Part shown: in pieces, positions 24,675 to 37,171 of the stretch
Layout: each line of letters starts with the position of its first letter
Position numbering within the stretch: the first letter of the stretch is position 1
Source: Spongospora subterranea f. sp. subterranea
Lineage: Eukaryota
Reading direction: 5' to 3'
Length of the DNA: 46,597 bases
Assembly (NCBI GenBank): GCA_049724395.1
Contig: JAUGWO010000133.1
Coordinates: forward strand, 62,001-108,597
Notes under the pieces: generated by a model
Databases searched by the model: none
What the model saw: only the letters and a program-made list of their open reading frames with translations
Told to the model about the DNA's origin: nothing
Translations under genes and position numbers: made by a program

Positions 24675-25353
24675 TGAATGTGAAAATGTTGACATCGCAC
24701 TACCAACATATTCTCAACAAGACCCATCAAGCATAAGTCAACATTGTCCATTACCGTCTTGACAATAATGAACCACGACAGAAGAGCCAGCGGACGGGTG
24801 TCGCTTCATACAGCGCGCTCTAAGCCCAGTGTTTCTTTTGCGAGCTCGATCGTTTGTTTTTGTTGTTGAAATCCGATATTGATGCGGCGTCATCTCAGGT
24901 GGCCACGACAATGAACACCACCGACAGGATGTCAAAGATTATAACACAAATAGCGACCTGAAATATAATCCAATTACAACTGTGTCCCCAACTGGTGTCG
25001 ATCGTGATCCGTATTGCGATTGAGGTGTTTATCTGTTGTTGTGTGATCCTACAGTTCTAGTCCTGGTGCTCAATGTGCTGTATAGGGAATACCATGTCCA
25101 TCCATACACACATGACCTGTTTATGGCGATGAAGGCGCATCAGCTCACAGCAGGATTCCATTTGAGCCAGTCCTAATGAAGCAACTGAGTCGTGACGACG
25201 ATCAGACCAACCGTCCTCGGAGTCAAGAGGATGATCGCCGTCGTTGGTCATCGTAGACTCACACGACTGCTGTTTTAACAATACCACATTCTTTCATAAT
25301 CGTTGGACTTGAGTTCAGACGATGCCGATCACGTTGTCCATGATGAGAAAGCG

Positions 25354-25840
25354 TCAAAGTTTGTTATCGTTGACAATACACAGGTCGTAATTGATTGACA
25401 TGAATGATAACGAGCCGACCTCATCCTCTCTCAGAAACAGTTTACAGGCAATCAGGGTCATTGTCCATATCATCAAATCCCACACTGTGTTCTGGCTTAT
25501 CAGATGCGTCCGCATTGAAATCAGTTCCAATGGAGACAATGGTGTATCGCCCTTTGCCACATAATCAGGCCGGTCAATCTTGGTCCGCTTCACAGCATTT
25601 GTCAGCAACTCTGACTCCTTGGGATGACCCTTTCGCCACAGCAAGCCCAGACCCACTTTATTGTTGATCAGGGCGGTATAGATCGGGGATGTGTATTGCG
25701 ACAGACGTCTTTCTATCAACACGGTGATTGTGATGGAGTATATAATATCCTTGTGCTGGTGACCCAGATCAAATCAACACTACGAGCTATCATTTCTCGA
25801 GATCGACGCGATAGACCTGCCAAATTCTGCCATTGTATCC
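25354..25840 (-). mobile_element. Crypton-like tyrosine recombinase relic (N-terminal half)
   Basis: LLWRKGHP..DYVAKGDTPLSPLEL..WTMTLIACKLFLREDE contains the first catalytic Arg box; ~118 bp are nearly identical to 44259-44376. Confidence 0.7.
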
Positions 25841-26233
25841 CCGTCGTAATGGGGCCAGCCAAACAGAATCTTTCCGATGCAGGAATAGGAAGATTGAATG
25901 GCGTTCTTAAACAAAACAAAATGTTTGAAAATAACTACCCGCCAATATTGCTCTGATTAACAGATTGAACCAAACATGACAGGTTGAATGTCCTCTTTCC
26001 TACGACATTGGTTTCGATAAGTAGTCAACACGTTATTCATCATGTAGTTGACCAACGCACCAATCAAATGTTGAACTAAATCACAGCAGGAAAGGCTGAT
26101 AGATGAAAGAGAAGAATCGGGGATCTTAACCCTGTGTAAAACACCTAAAACCTTTCGTTTTCATCCATGACTCTGAACTCATCCTTGGCCCATTGATGAA
26201 CCGCCCAACTGTTGCGCCACATCACATTAGTTC

Positions 26234-26387
26234 AATGGGTGTTCTCAAGTTGTTGGTATTGCTGCTGGTAGCGATCAGACCGACTCGATCTGTGATAACC
26301 GAACATGGTCATGGTTGGGACGAACGGCTTGATTCAGGTCAGGTCAATGCCGCTACACGAATCGCCTCCTCGACTTTATCGGTATGA
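26234..26387 (+). pseudogene. Signal-peptide-like ORF start, interrupted by a stop
   Basis: MGVLKLLVLLLVAIRPTRS is a signal-peptide-like hydrophobic start; downstream frames are broken. Confidence 0.35.
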
Positions 26388-26587
26388 ATGACGGAATGTC
26401 GTTCCAAAGAATTGCCAAATTCTGAGAGCATTGGCCCTTGCAGGAAACCATGTCGCAGGAGTTGGCCATGGTCCACACCAATACCCAAGATTTACACAAT
26501 CGAGTATTCGAATATTCGAAATTGGAGTCAAATTTGCTGCCAGACAATTCTTTGTTGACGTTGGAGGTTTACAATATCAATCGTGTC

Positions 26588-26943
26588 GACCAGTTTGGTG
26601 AATGTTCTTCCATGATTGTAGTCGTTCAGTTCATCTTCATATAGATATTCGGCTTGTTAAGTGCTTGTTTAGGAATTGGACTCGAGCCCGGGTTCGAAAA
26701 TTGACGAGTCCCATATCAGTATCGTTTCTCAACAATTGAGCCAAGAGGGCGAGAACCCCCATTGCCTTATCGATCTAAATCGAATTCCTATTGATACGGA
26801 AATTTTGCCTTCAAAAGACTCTCTTGAGAATCTCGTGCCCGCTACCAGAAACGACAACCAGTTTGGTGAAAGTTCTCCGATCAATGTAATCGTTCAGTTT
26901 CATCTTCATATTGACATTCGGCTTGTTAAGTGCTTTTTTAGGA
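26588..26943 (+). repeat. Local direct repeat, ~87 bp (26588-26674 and 26856-26943)
   Basis: ACCAGTTTGGTGAA..TCGTTCAGTT(T)CATCTTCATAT..ATTCGGCTTGTTAAGTGCTT occurs twice. Confidence 0.85.
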
Positions 26944-27002
26944 GCCACAATCCTCGAAGTGGTCTTGATGGTTTGGTGAGTCATTGGAGGGTCAACCTTT
27001 AT

Positions 27003-27533
27003 CTAATATTGGGATGAGCGAAAATCATAATGACAGATATCAGATTCCTCTCTGCCTGTTCCAGGACAGTAATAGCGACTCAACTTGTGGAAGAATACTG
27101 ATTCTCCCCATCTCCGAACAAATTCCTGAACACTTCCAGCGCAATGACGATGTAAACAATTGACCAAAGGACGGTTTGGGTTTCTGATGTTGGTTAGGAC
27201 CGGGATTCGAGGGCATCTCATTGATACGTCTTCGTAATCACGAACTTATCAGTAATGATGGTCAACAGTCAATTGGAAAGCGTAGAGGACCAAACTTTCG
27301 ATTGCCGCATCGAAAATTACGATTAATTTCAAATAACCAGCCTCTTGACGTTCATTGATAATTTCTTGCCAGTAGGCGATTGCCGATAATCGTGATAACC
27401 AATACCTGATTATGGCGTTCCAGGATACATTTTCGCAACAAACTCGCAAAATGGTAAATTTCCGTAATAACAAGTATTTGTTGGAACTGAGAGTGATCTC
27501 TCCGCTCTTAAACTGGGACCTGAATGAGGTCAA
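27003..27533 (-). pseudogene. Frameshifted paralogue of the Cys/His-module gene
   Basis: DKFVITKT / MRCPRIP..RPLVNCLHRHC..; the upstream part is broken. Confidence 0.65.
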
Positions 27534-27773
27534 AGACTATGATAGCCTATGTGTGTTTCTGGTCAGATCTCTGGTTCCCAGCTCTGTCTAAGATTTGATG
27601 ATCACTCGGTTTTTGAAAGGAGACGAATCCTGAACAAGTCGAGTTTGACGACAGTGTCGCCAAAGACTGAACACATCATGAAATCTACTGTCGCGAGGAA
27701 AGTCGGGGGGGGGGGGGAATAACGTTGAGGTCGGACAAAGCAATATCGATGTTCCTGATTACAGGCGATTTTC

Positions 27774-28746
27774 GTGATCTTAATTTCGAATTTTGTTTTG
27801 AAACTGGTCTCTGGCAGAATATCGGACTGCAGTATTAGTCGTAAGGTGAAAGATTGTCTCAAGCGCTTCTGTTTCCCCGTCCTTCAATGTCTTGTGAAAT
27901 GTTGTGGCAAAGACATTGACCAGTTCCAGACACGTTGGGGAACGCGTTTCAAACACGGTCATTTTGGAGTGGAATGCTGCCCCGGTCGTGGATCAAATCA
28001 TAACACCTGCGGTTACCAGATGACGAAAATCGTCAGAAACCCTGAAAACAGGTTTTTTTTCGCCAGCTCTAGAAAAACTGATGAACATTTGTCCTTTCAG
28101 AGACAACGACTCCGGTTTATTGAATCTCAAAGCTCTTGTTGTTGCTGTTTCATTGTCAAAAACCGCAGAAGAAAAACTCAAACTGTGTTGTGAATTCTAC
28201 GAGAAATACCGATCAAGTGGCCCCATGGCTCAAAAGGTTCTTCGATCATATTATCACCATTATTCGAAAGCCATCTGGGGGTGCTTTGTTCATCACTGTG
28301 GCCAAGATATAAACGAATGGATTCGAAAATGGGGCCCTCAATTCGCACATTGGGAATTCGGCACTCGGAAATGTCATGGTCTGAAGTCCCATCAATGCGG
28401 ATCGATCGACCGACCATTTGAAATTCCTGCAAGACGTAATCTTCGCTATAAATCAACTCAAGACCTCCTCTCAGCGCTTTCCAAAATTCGTGAAGAGTAC
28501 GATAAGTTCGTGATTACGAAGACAGCATCAATGAGATGCCCTCATCCGGGTTTAACCACTTTCATCAGAAAGTGCCGTCCTCTTAACAATTGTTTACATC
28601 GTCATTGCGCTGGAAGTGTTCAGGAATTTGTTCGGAGATGGGGAGAATCAGTATTCTTCCACAAGTTGAGTCGCTATTACTGTCCTGGAACAGGCAGAGA
28701 GGAATCTGATATCTGTCATTATGATTTTCGCTCATCCCAATATTAG
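27774..28746 (+). CDS. Protein with three tandem Cys/His modules (one frameshift or intron near 28080)
   Basis: Modules PVLQCLVKCCGKDIDQFQTRWGTRFKHGHFGVECCPG, AIWGCFVHHCGQDINEWIRKWGPQFAHWEFGTRKCHG and PLNNCLHRHCAGSVQEFVRRWGESVFFHKLSRYYCPG. Confidence 0.7.
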
Positions 28747-30320
28747 ATAAAGGTTGACCCTCCAATGACTCACCAAACCATCAAGACCACTTCGAGGATT
28801 GTGGCTCACCAAAAACTAACACCACCATTTCTTCTAATAATGATAAAATCCCTCGATTCTCAATTTTTGACCAAAAACAAACTCATTTTGACGCTTTCAG
28901 AGCGGTTAACACTTTCTGTTGCATCTGTTGACTTCTCTGTTTTCAGAGGTTGTGTCAGTTGATCACGCAGGTCCAGGTTTGGACTTGGTTATCTGGAAGG
29001 ATTTCGGAATTCACATTTCCAGTAGCGCCCATTCGACGCGATCTCCACCGCGTAAGAAGAAGGCGACCAACTCAGCGATCAGCCGAAGTGACGAAACCAG
29101 GTCGGGCGGATGAATATTTACAAAGCGAACGAGATAGATTGTGCATAAGCAATTCCTTGTTGTTTATATGTGAATTTAATTGTAAATCACTCAGCACTGA
29201 ATGGGTCATACTGGAAAAGATATGATCATGTAATGTCGTATGGGAACAAATCTCGACTCTGTTTCGCAACCAAAGTCTTCCAATATTCGACATTCGAATC
29301 AGATATAGGCGTCACTGGACTGGTCACGAGAGGAATAGACTCAATGTGTCTGATCTGGTCGGTTTCGCGATAAGTGTTCACTAGTAATTGACACAATTCT
29401 CAATGAGCGATACCCAAACAATGCAGTGATCGGCGGCGCATTTATTGAGAACAAAATCAAACTCCATAGGTGGATCCTGTATCAATTCGTCACGTCTCGT
29501 CATTCGTCAATGCTTTGAAGACTCGAGAATATTCTACTTTTTGTTGATCGCTCTTCGAAGAATACCCAATTTTGCTACCACAGCAGAGTATCAACAAACA
29601 TCACACAAACTACCCAAAAAACAATCATACCCGTGCTTCAACAAACCCACCAATTTTTCCACAAATTTCGCCAAGTCGTCCAGGCGGTTCGGTGCTGGCA
29701 CAGACATGTGCCTTTCAAAACTTTGCTTGATCAGTTTTGCCATTTCCTCGTCCCTATATCAGCAAATTAAGATAAAACATAGATTGTTCATGAGGATCCT
29801 TTACCTAAATTTATTATAGTCACACAATTTTTCGTGGGTATTGGGAATCGAAAATTGTTGAAAATAACGAATATTGATAAGCGCATTCAATAACAATCCG
29901 CTTTCAAGATCTGCCGACAGCAAATGATCACTGTGAAAATCGAAACATGAATATTGGGATGTAATGGACAGGACGATTATTCGAGTTGACACCACCATGA
30001 TTTCTTTGCCATAACTGACATCGACATCGACCTAAACAGCTTGCGATTATTCCCCAATGTTTCACTACGAAGATCAAGGTAGTCAAAGAATTCAGTCAGG
30101 AAATCGTTCCTGTTCAACGATGATTAGCGGACTATGGCGATAATTAGAGTGGACCGGGGAATACCAATCCGATTCCGTGAATGGTTTGTGTGTTTGGTCA
30201 CTCAGGGTCCTGATAATAATCAAATAAACTGAGTTCACATATAGTGCTCCAGTTCCGCCATTACCATTGCAAACACGATAATTTGATTGCTGAAAGCTGA
30301 GCAAGAGCAGAGTTCCCATC

Positions 30321-30385
30321 TTTAGGTTTGGGAGGGATTCCGACTTTAGGTTTGCGAGCGATTCCGACTTTAGGTTTGCGGACGA
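30321..30385 (+). repeat. 24-bp tandem repeat, ~2.7 copies
   Basis: TTTAGGTTTG(G/C)GAG(G/C)GATTCCGAC repeated. Confidence 0.9.
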
Positions 30386-31519
30386 TAAATGAAATAAGCC
30401 ACTTCACCAAAATATGACGTCTGGGAGATTCAGTTAACAGTAAAACTCAGACAAGGAATGGGACACGAGTGGTTCTGTCCCAATAGAAACACGAACCGAA
30501 CTGAAAGAATTATATCTCTCGATTCTTGAATTTCCTTCCCCACCAATTCAACCAAATCTTTATTGAGCCCGATACGGTTTTTTTCTGTTTTTTTCAGATG
30601 AAGATCAAGGTATTTGAAAAACGGTGAGAAAATATCGTCCCTAGTGAACTTCAAACTTAGCACCCGATGAGGATGGGGAGAGTCATCAGGTTTACCAATC
30701 CGATTCCATCAAATATTTCGCATCACCAATGACCCTGATAATTACAGCATGAAATGTGGCCCGCGACCCCATTTATTGCAGCAATTACCGTTTCAAATTC
30801 ATCGCTTGTGCCCCGACACAAACAACATGTTTGAGATCGATCATCGACATGAGTTGAGACAAGAACGAATCGGGCCTGGGACAAATATTCAGTTAAACAG
30901 CTAACCCTCAGATGCGGAATGAGTTATTCGGCAGTGCTTTCCTACCGATCATTGTGATTCAACAGCGCATTTCTCTCTGCTTCGTTTATCTCATTCTGGA
31001 CTATTTCCACCATATCGGTATTCCCCAAAAAATCCGCAATCGCTTTGGGAAACCATTCACTAATTGACATCAAACGTTAAAACCGAACAATGCATGTGAT
31101 AACTCGAAAAAACCGACCGCAATGCGGTTCTTATCTCGTGTAACAGAGTAAGCCTGAGCCCAGGATACATTTTGAGCGTCCTCAATCGATCCGGAACAAA
31201 CCTATCGTCATCTCGGCTTCGAATACCGTAACAATGACCGCTATTGATGAACAGACATGAACCGGTGAAGAAAACGAGAATCTCAAATCAGATTACTCGA
31301 TGCCGGTATTCGTGACGGCTTTGATCAACAATTCTTCATCGTTTGGAACCTTACTATCAACATGATGTCAAACACAGATGATCATGAAGACGGCATTTAA
31401 CATTCACGAACAAAATTTGACAAAAGCCTTTCAGGGCTTTGGCAACCGGATCAGGTTCGCCAGGCTTCAACATGCAAGACCACACATTGTATTTTTTGAT
31501 CAAGTTGTTTTCGTCAGAA

Positions 31520-33290
31520 AGTTTGCTATTGACAGGAAATCAGATATTGATTATTATCATGGAGGGAATTGGCAATTCCGTACAATATTGGATAAAGGTT
31601 CTCAAGGGCTCCCACCAAGTCAACAGATTTGCGAAATTCACCAGGCGGAAGGTTTCTGAGAAAAGATTGTACGAAATCATCAAACAAGATGTGCTGAACA
31701 ATCGCGAACAAATTTCAATACCGAATTTCTTGGGATCTGCGATCAGACCCAGAATTGAGCAACTTTCTCACAAGAGGCACAACAGGGGCAGGGGGGTTCC
31801 TGTGGATAGAAATTTCAAACACTGATCAAGGCGGTGAACGATTTCGTACAAAAGTTGAAAAAACAATTCTTCAAGATTTGTCGCGTCTGATTCACTCTTG
31901 TCCAAGTTCCATGCATTACGTGCATATTTTGGAGGAATGTTGCTATGGTAAAAAGAAATGAGAATATATAATGATCATAACGGGGATGGACGGTTTTGTA
32001 CAAATCCTGAAGCAACGGTGCTGCTGATCCAATATGGCATCCAGCATTGATCGCCCTGATGACAATTCGGGCTGCGTTGGGAAAATCGTTGCTATGGATC
32101 AGCAATCAGATCAAGACTTCAATCAAGAGGAGGCAAATCGATCACGAACAAGAACCTAAACAGATTTTGGAGATCTTTATCGTCACTACGATGTCTTAGA
32201 ACCAGATTCACAAGGCGCATTTTAGAGGAAGAATGTTCGCTGATGATTACAAAATGAGTTGGTGATGATGACATGAAGAGAGAGGGTGATCTGATACAAA
32301 AGCGATAGCAGCGCTGCAAGTGCATCCGCATCTGCACCAGATTCGACCAACTTGCTCAAATGACTTTTAAAATTGCGAGGAAGACAGCTATCAGAGGAAT
32401 TACAAAAATGCTGATGATAATGACGGAAAGAACGATCCATTACAAGGTGGAAAAAAACCGAAATTCCAGAGCTTTAACATAGGAATTCGGAAGGGGCGGG
32501 ATAGTTCGAGAGGGGGACCTATGCACGATTAGATTATAACTGATTGACGCAGCTGAACGATTCCGTATACATCAGGGAAATCAGTTTTTGACGGAGTTCC
32601 TTCCTCGACAAATATTTCAGCACCCATTTCACATTGGTTTCATTGTCGGAGGGATAAACGCTGTGGACAGGAATTATGTTGGTGATTCTGACAAAGACAA
32701 ACCTCAACGATCCCATACATCAATGAACACAGTCCTTCAAGTGCTTCCCCATCCGCACCGGTTTCGAGAAAGCTCTTTGCAAGACGCAAAACATTGGAAG
32801 TATGGTCGCTATGGACAATCAATTTCAAAATAACTATGAACAGGACAGTGCTGAGCGATACCGTACAAGACTGAAAACAGGTCTTGAAGTGCTTCCGCAT
32901 CTGCACCAGACTCAACCAATTTCTGTCCAAGATGTGCAACATGTTGAGGAAGGTCTCTATTGACACCAAAAAGGTGATGATGATAATCCTGAGGGAGCGG
33001 AACCATCCCTTACAGGTCTGAAAACAAATGTTGATGGGTTCCCTTCTTGGCATAACGATCGATTATCTTCTTGGCCTTTTGCGCATTATCCGAAGGGGGT
33101 TTGCTGTGGAATAGGAGTTGGGATAATGACTACGATCATAATCAGGCTGAACGATCCCGTACAAAATTGACATCGCGTTGTCAAGAGCTTGCATGGGATT
33201 GTGTAAAAACACTGTGGCTGCACTGGACAACGGCATTTCACAACACGAAAAAACCGAATCTTCGATAACAAACCGACACCATAACATTGA
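31520..33290 (-). pseudogene. Degenerate helical-repeat protein of unknown family
   Basis: Recurrent minus-strand motif: ALDNAMSILYGIV, KLVESGADAEALQDLFSVLYGIA, SFLETGADGEALEGLCSLMYGIV, KLVESGADADALAALLSLLYQIT, GALENLYPILYGIA; many frameshifts. Confidence 0.6.
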
Positions 33291-34009
33291 TCAATTTTTT
33301 TTTAAGGTGAACCGTCATCGCTGTCCGCTCGGACTCTGGCACTCCATTGGACATGATTCCTTTGACCAACTCGCCCAAAATCCGATTGACAAATCGGAGA
33401 AAGTAAACGCTGCGATAACCAGATATAAATGGGCGGATACATTAAGGGCCGGCACTATCAACTCACTCAATGTCAATAGGTTCTGAAGAATCAGACACAC
33501 TGCCAGATTTGGCATGAAGCTGGGCACCGTGTCGACACTGTTCGTTATCGCACAAGAAAGGAAACATTTCATTGACGACTTTCGTCACCGCATCATAGTC
33601 TTTCTCTCTAGATGATAACAGGGGGTTTCCCTGACTGGAAAGTGATACAATGGTCAGAAAACGATGGGTGTCATTAAGAATCTGACCCTGTTTTACCTAT
33701 CGGAGGAACCTAGATACCAGGAAAATCATGGACGCAATTACAATAGTGAACACCGACGCCATGGAACACATCATTATGGAAATGGCGCTTTTTGATCGCG
33801 CAAGTTGTTGTCGGACTTCTGTGTACTGGGTGTTAGTCCGTAGTGGTTTGCACGGTCCGGTCCGCGGCTACAACTGGTCCCGAAATATTCCCGGACCGGT
33901 TCTAGCGGTCCCTAAACCACGGAGTCAATCGTGACGGGCGGCTTGAAAAAGCAGACTGCGAATTAACTCTCTAATCAACAGGATTTGAGTAGATTTGAGC
34001 AAAGTTATT

Positions 34010-35100
34010 TCACATTTGCAGTTTATTGAATAGCTGAGCCATCTCATCATCCACGGTGATCATCTTCGCATTCGCGACCGATTCCACGGAACAAGGTAGT
34101 GCAATTGGGAGCTGTCCTGCCCTTTGTAACTTCTCTTTCCCTATGTGCTGGATTTTGAATCTGTTGCCGCCATCATCGTCCATGCAGGACTGCAGCACCG
34201 TTTGTAGTGTCAAAAAATTCGAATTGATTTTTACAGGGTCCAGTTCGTCAAACTACTTCACCGACAATACCACTGCCGTGATCAACTCATCCAAGTTCGC
34301 CGTTGTTTTTTGTTGCTGCAGTGACTGGATTGCACTAAAAAACCCAAGATTCAAAATGTTCATATCCGGACTATTTGGGGGTTGACAGAACAAATTGATC
34401 TTGTATCCACCCTCTTTGGCAGCAAGAAAAGGATCATGATGTGGCCGAATACAAGGTCTTGCATTATCTTGTTGGATTATGATTGGTATGTCATTGGAAA
34501 ACTTGGATTTAATTGCGGGCAAAACCTTCCTTATCAACATCTCCGCGTAAATCTGCTGGTCAACAGTTACCACCGAAGTGACAAGTGCTCCCTTCACCCT
34601 GTTTTTACTGGACCGTTTTGCAGGTTCCGAAGTTGCGAACGGCCACATTCCGATTTTGCCGTCAAAAATACATTTGAATTTCTCGTCAAAACGTGGCCCG
34701 CTATTGCGGCAAGAAACATCACTTTTCTAATAAACCTTTTGCTCTTACATGTTCGATAAGGCTCTTCTTCGTCGTTTGCCAGGTAAAATGTGTTATTTAC
34801 TTGTGTGAGATTGAACCACTTTTCGTCAATGTGCACTGTGTCAAACATCGGTTTGACTTTGGGCGACATCGGCATAGAATCCTGGTCTATCATTGGTAAA
34901 CTAAACTTAAGGCGAAGAATTTTGTTGCTTTCCGTAAGTACTGGCTTGATAGAGTTTGAATGGCGACGAATGTTGCCATTTTTTAGATTGAGATGTAAAG
35001 TTGTAGTGGAAATGGCTGTATCCGCTGATAGACTTCGCAAGTCCCTCTTGACTTCAAAGGAACTGCACTTACAGTTGAAGAGATGTCGGCATACTTGCTT
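34010..35100 (-). mobile_element. Plant-mariner-like (DD39D-type) transposase pseudogene
   Basis: IKPVLTESNKILRLKF, VHIDEKWF, KSKRFIRKVMFLAA, IIIQQDNARP, QPPNSPDMNILNLGFF (third Asp is Asn) and GGNRFKIQH; several frameshifts. Confidence 0.92.
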
Positions 35101-35639
35101 TTACGTCCGCATTGCTTTTTGAAAGAATTAACATCCGCTGAAACCGCTCCAGAGATTATTGAAGATGTTGCACGCTTCTAAATACGGCTTGCTGTCTTCC
35201 AATAAACGCCAACTTCTTGTCCAACTTTGGTGAAAGCACCTTTCTTTGGTCTTCCGTTGTCATCCAGCATCGTCAGGAGCCGCTCATAAATTCCTCTGCG
35301 TTGGTCGGCACCAAGCTCTTTCGATTTGACCGTTTCGCGTCAATGGCTGCTGCTCTTGGTTTTGTAATGATTACCGAATCGAATGTTAGGAGTGTGCACG
35401 AAACACATGACCTCATGAGGACCCTGTCGTGCACCAAAGGGATCGTGTACCGCAGAGCAACGACGGTTCGTATTCGTAGGGCGTCGCTCAGTTTTATTGA
35501 ACGTGGGTTATGAAGAAATTATCAGGAAACCTACACATGGCGACGAGACATCTCAGAGACCATTTACGATGTACGCTAACTTCTTGACAGTAATCGACAG
35601 ATTTGTTAACTTAAATAAAAAAAATGAGCTTAATCGGGT

Positions 35640-36860
35640 AAAAAGAAGCGTACTGGCCAACTATTTCCGAACGGAGGTAGTAAATTACGAAACTCACGAC
35701 AGACTTATTAGGCATTGTTGTCGCATTTGTACAATGGAGGCATCTCTTGAAAGGCGCTGCACGTCGGATACAAGTCGTTAGCGACCACAAAAACCTCAAA
35801 TATTTCGCAACCTCAAAAAAAACTGAACCGTAGACAGCCAGGTGGTCGATGATTCTATCCGAATATGACCATGAAATCCTCCCTCGAGCGGGATCGTTGT
35901 CTGGAAAACCGATGTCCATCCCGTAGACCGGAATTCGAGATCCCCAACGACCCTGTTTGGGCTCAACAGAAAACTGTACTTATTCGAACGGAACAACTCA
36001 CTTCACAGCCAGTTCGAGTCTGTATTACAAGCACGACCGAATCAACCGCGTCAGAAGAGCATTTTCTTCAAGTAATTCGAGAGTAACAAAGCGTTGATTC
36101 GCTCTGTTCAAGAATGATGGTAAAACCCCAAGGACCGTTCAGCATCAAAGAAGGGTTGGTATTTCGGCAGATCAACTGGTGGTTCCAGACTGGGCGGGTC
36201 AGCTGCAAATTTTGTCACAACGTCAATATCACCTCCTGTCATGACACCTTAAACGCAGGAAAACAGCAGCACGGACTCAACGCGAATTTTTTGACCGACG
36301 ATAAGGACAAGCGTCAAAAAGTATGTCGAATCCTGTGATCATGTCAATGTACGAAACCGTCGCGACATAAGCCATATGGGCTCCTTCAGCCACTTCCTAT
36401 TCCGACCAGATTATGGGGATCCATGAGTTTGAACTTCTTTGTCAAATTTTCCAAATCCAAAGGCTACGACTCAGTCATCGTCGATCGATGTTCTAAAATC
36501 GCCCAATTCGTTTGTTGGAACGAGACTGATACGCTTAAGGACCAGCCAAATTGTTTTATTCTAAACGTATTCAAACTACTTGGACTATCGGAGGAGGAGA
36601 TAGTGTCAGATCCTGGCCCCCAAAGGGTCTCTAAATTCTGGGGTCATTCGTTGAGGAATCTGAACATTCAAGCGGAAGCTGTCATCTTAGCGACACCCAC
36701 ATACAAATGGGCAAATTGAACGTGTTAATCAGTTTTGTGCTTACAGCCAGGACGACTGGTCCGATATGGTATCGCTCGCCGAATTCTGCTACAACAACGC
36801 AGAACATGGAAGTACCTGCCTCCACAGTTTTCCGCGAACTACGATTTCTACCCAATATTC
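35640..36860 (+). mobile_element. Ty3/gypsy pol relic (RNase H and integrase)
   Basis: NYETHD, DHKNLKYFATSKKLNRRQ, CDHVN/KPSRHKPYGLLQPLPIP, VIVDRCSK, IVSDPGPQ, HPHTNGQIERVNQ and AEFCYNN; heavily frameshifted. Confidence 0.88.
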
Positions 36861-37171
36861 GCAACCCTCCACGGCACGAAGGCCTCCGTTTGTTCAACCG
36901 CTGGAGAAAGGGCACTCCACCTGCAGAAAATACGCACGTTGATCGTTATCGCGCATATGTCGCACATCCGGTTTGATGTCGCACCATAGTTCATGAGGTG
37001 TCCTCCATTGAATCGATTTCGTCGGTAATCTGTTCTGTGTATAAACGGCATAGCGCACGGCGAATATCCAGAATTCTGGTGGGAGACCGGCATCAATAAG
37101 GATCGTTGTTCATTATCGTCAGGTTTCGTCGTTCTGCTGTTCCCTTTTGTTGAGAGCTGTACGGTATCGTA

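Larger units (their letters stand above)
26942..28807. repeat. 221-bp apparently perfect inverted repeat (26942-27162 / 28587-28807), with diverged inward extension
   Basis: Both arms encode the identical peptide NCLHRHCAGSVQEFVRRWGESVFFHKLSRYYCPGTGREESDICHYDFRSSQY* plus the same 3' flank. Confidence 0.95.

Noticed and set aside
26942..28807. Mutator-like element with long TIRs
   Set aside because: The arms are coding 3' ends of paralogous genes, similarity continues inward in diverged form, and there is no 9-bp TSD.
30321..30385. Interstitial telomeric repeat
   Set aside because: TTTAGG is only part of a 24-bp unit, not a tandem telomere tract.
29445..30700. Exon-like minus-strand fragments of possible secreted proteins
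   Set aside because: No consistent gene model or motif could be built.
33841..33922. hAT-like terminus TAGTGGTTTGCACGGTCCGGTCC with CGGTCC motifs
   Set aside because: No matching opposite end or hAT transposase found in the window.
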